Shown: one piece after another, positions 63,169 through 64,000 of the stretch | Layout of the letters: every line of letters starts with the position of its first letter | Numbering within the stretch: position 1 is the first letter of the stretch | Source of the DNA: an uncultured delta proteobacterium | Lineage (GTDB): Bacteria; Desulfobacterota; Zymogenia; Zymogenales; Zymogenaceae | Reading direction: 5' to 3' | Length of the DNA: 64,000 nt | Assembly (NCBI GenBank): GCA_963792965.1 | Contig: CAWBYW010000016.1 | Location: forward strand, 192,001-256,000 | Notes under the pieces: model-generated | The model's input: only the letters and a program-made list of their open reading frames with translations | Database searches by the model: none | Told to the model about the DNA's origin: nothing | Translations under genes and position numbers: made by a program

Positions 63169-63257
63169 GTACGGCGAACGGTCGCACCGCACCTAAAGAC
63201 CCGAAGGGGATAACTCTCCTCGGTCTTCAACGGGAACTCGGGTCTTCTCTATATACC

Positions 63258-63288
63258 AAGGGCAGGTTTTTCCTGCCCTTTCCTTTTT
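63258..63288 (+). terminator. Terminator hairpin between rpmA and obgE
   Basis: AAGGGCAGG-TTTTT-CCTGCCCTT-TCCTTTTT. Confidence 0.65.
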
Positions 63289-63290
63289 GA

Positions 63291-64000
<710 letters not shown>

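Overview
A 64-kb, mostly GC-rich bacterial chromosomal window whose gene content looks deltaproteobacterial (MXAN_5187-type protein, DUF4388/DnaJ/TPR protein, standalone Cache proteins, sigma-54 regulator). It is mainly housekeeping and metabolic: icd, a LeuD-like small subunit, an Mla/Mce ABC system, ileS-lspA-lgt, folK, wrbA, bfr, comM, ilvE, rplU-rpmA-obgE, acyl-CoA enzymes, three sensor kinases and three MBL-fold hydrolases. I saw no rRNA, tRNA, CRISPR array, transposase, integrase or phage gene. At least ten genes, including the essential ileS and obgE, carry single-base indels, best read as uncorrected long-read errors. The most unusual element is a three-gene unit at 25082-28240: a catalytically dead CheB, an Hpt/helix-hairpin-helix fusion protein and an orphan ParA, followed by a V4R protein. 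Other items worth checking: an unknown protein coupled to a radical SAM enzyme, a nested palindromic repeat, an AT-rich tandem pair of membrane proteins, two candidate shared operator motifs, a sigma-54 promoter with a cheB stump, and a structured leader. All calls come from reading the sequence by eye; no database searches were run.
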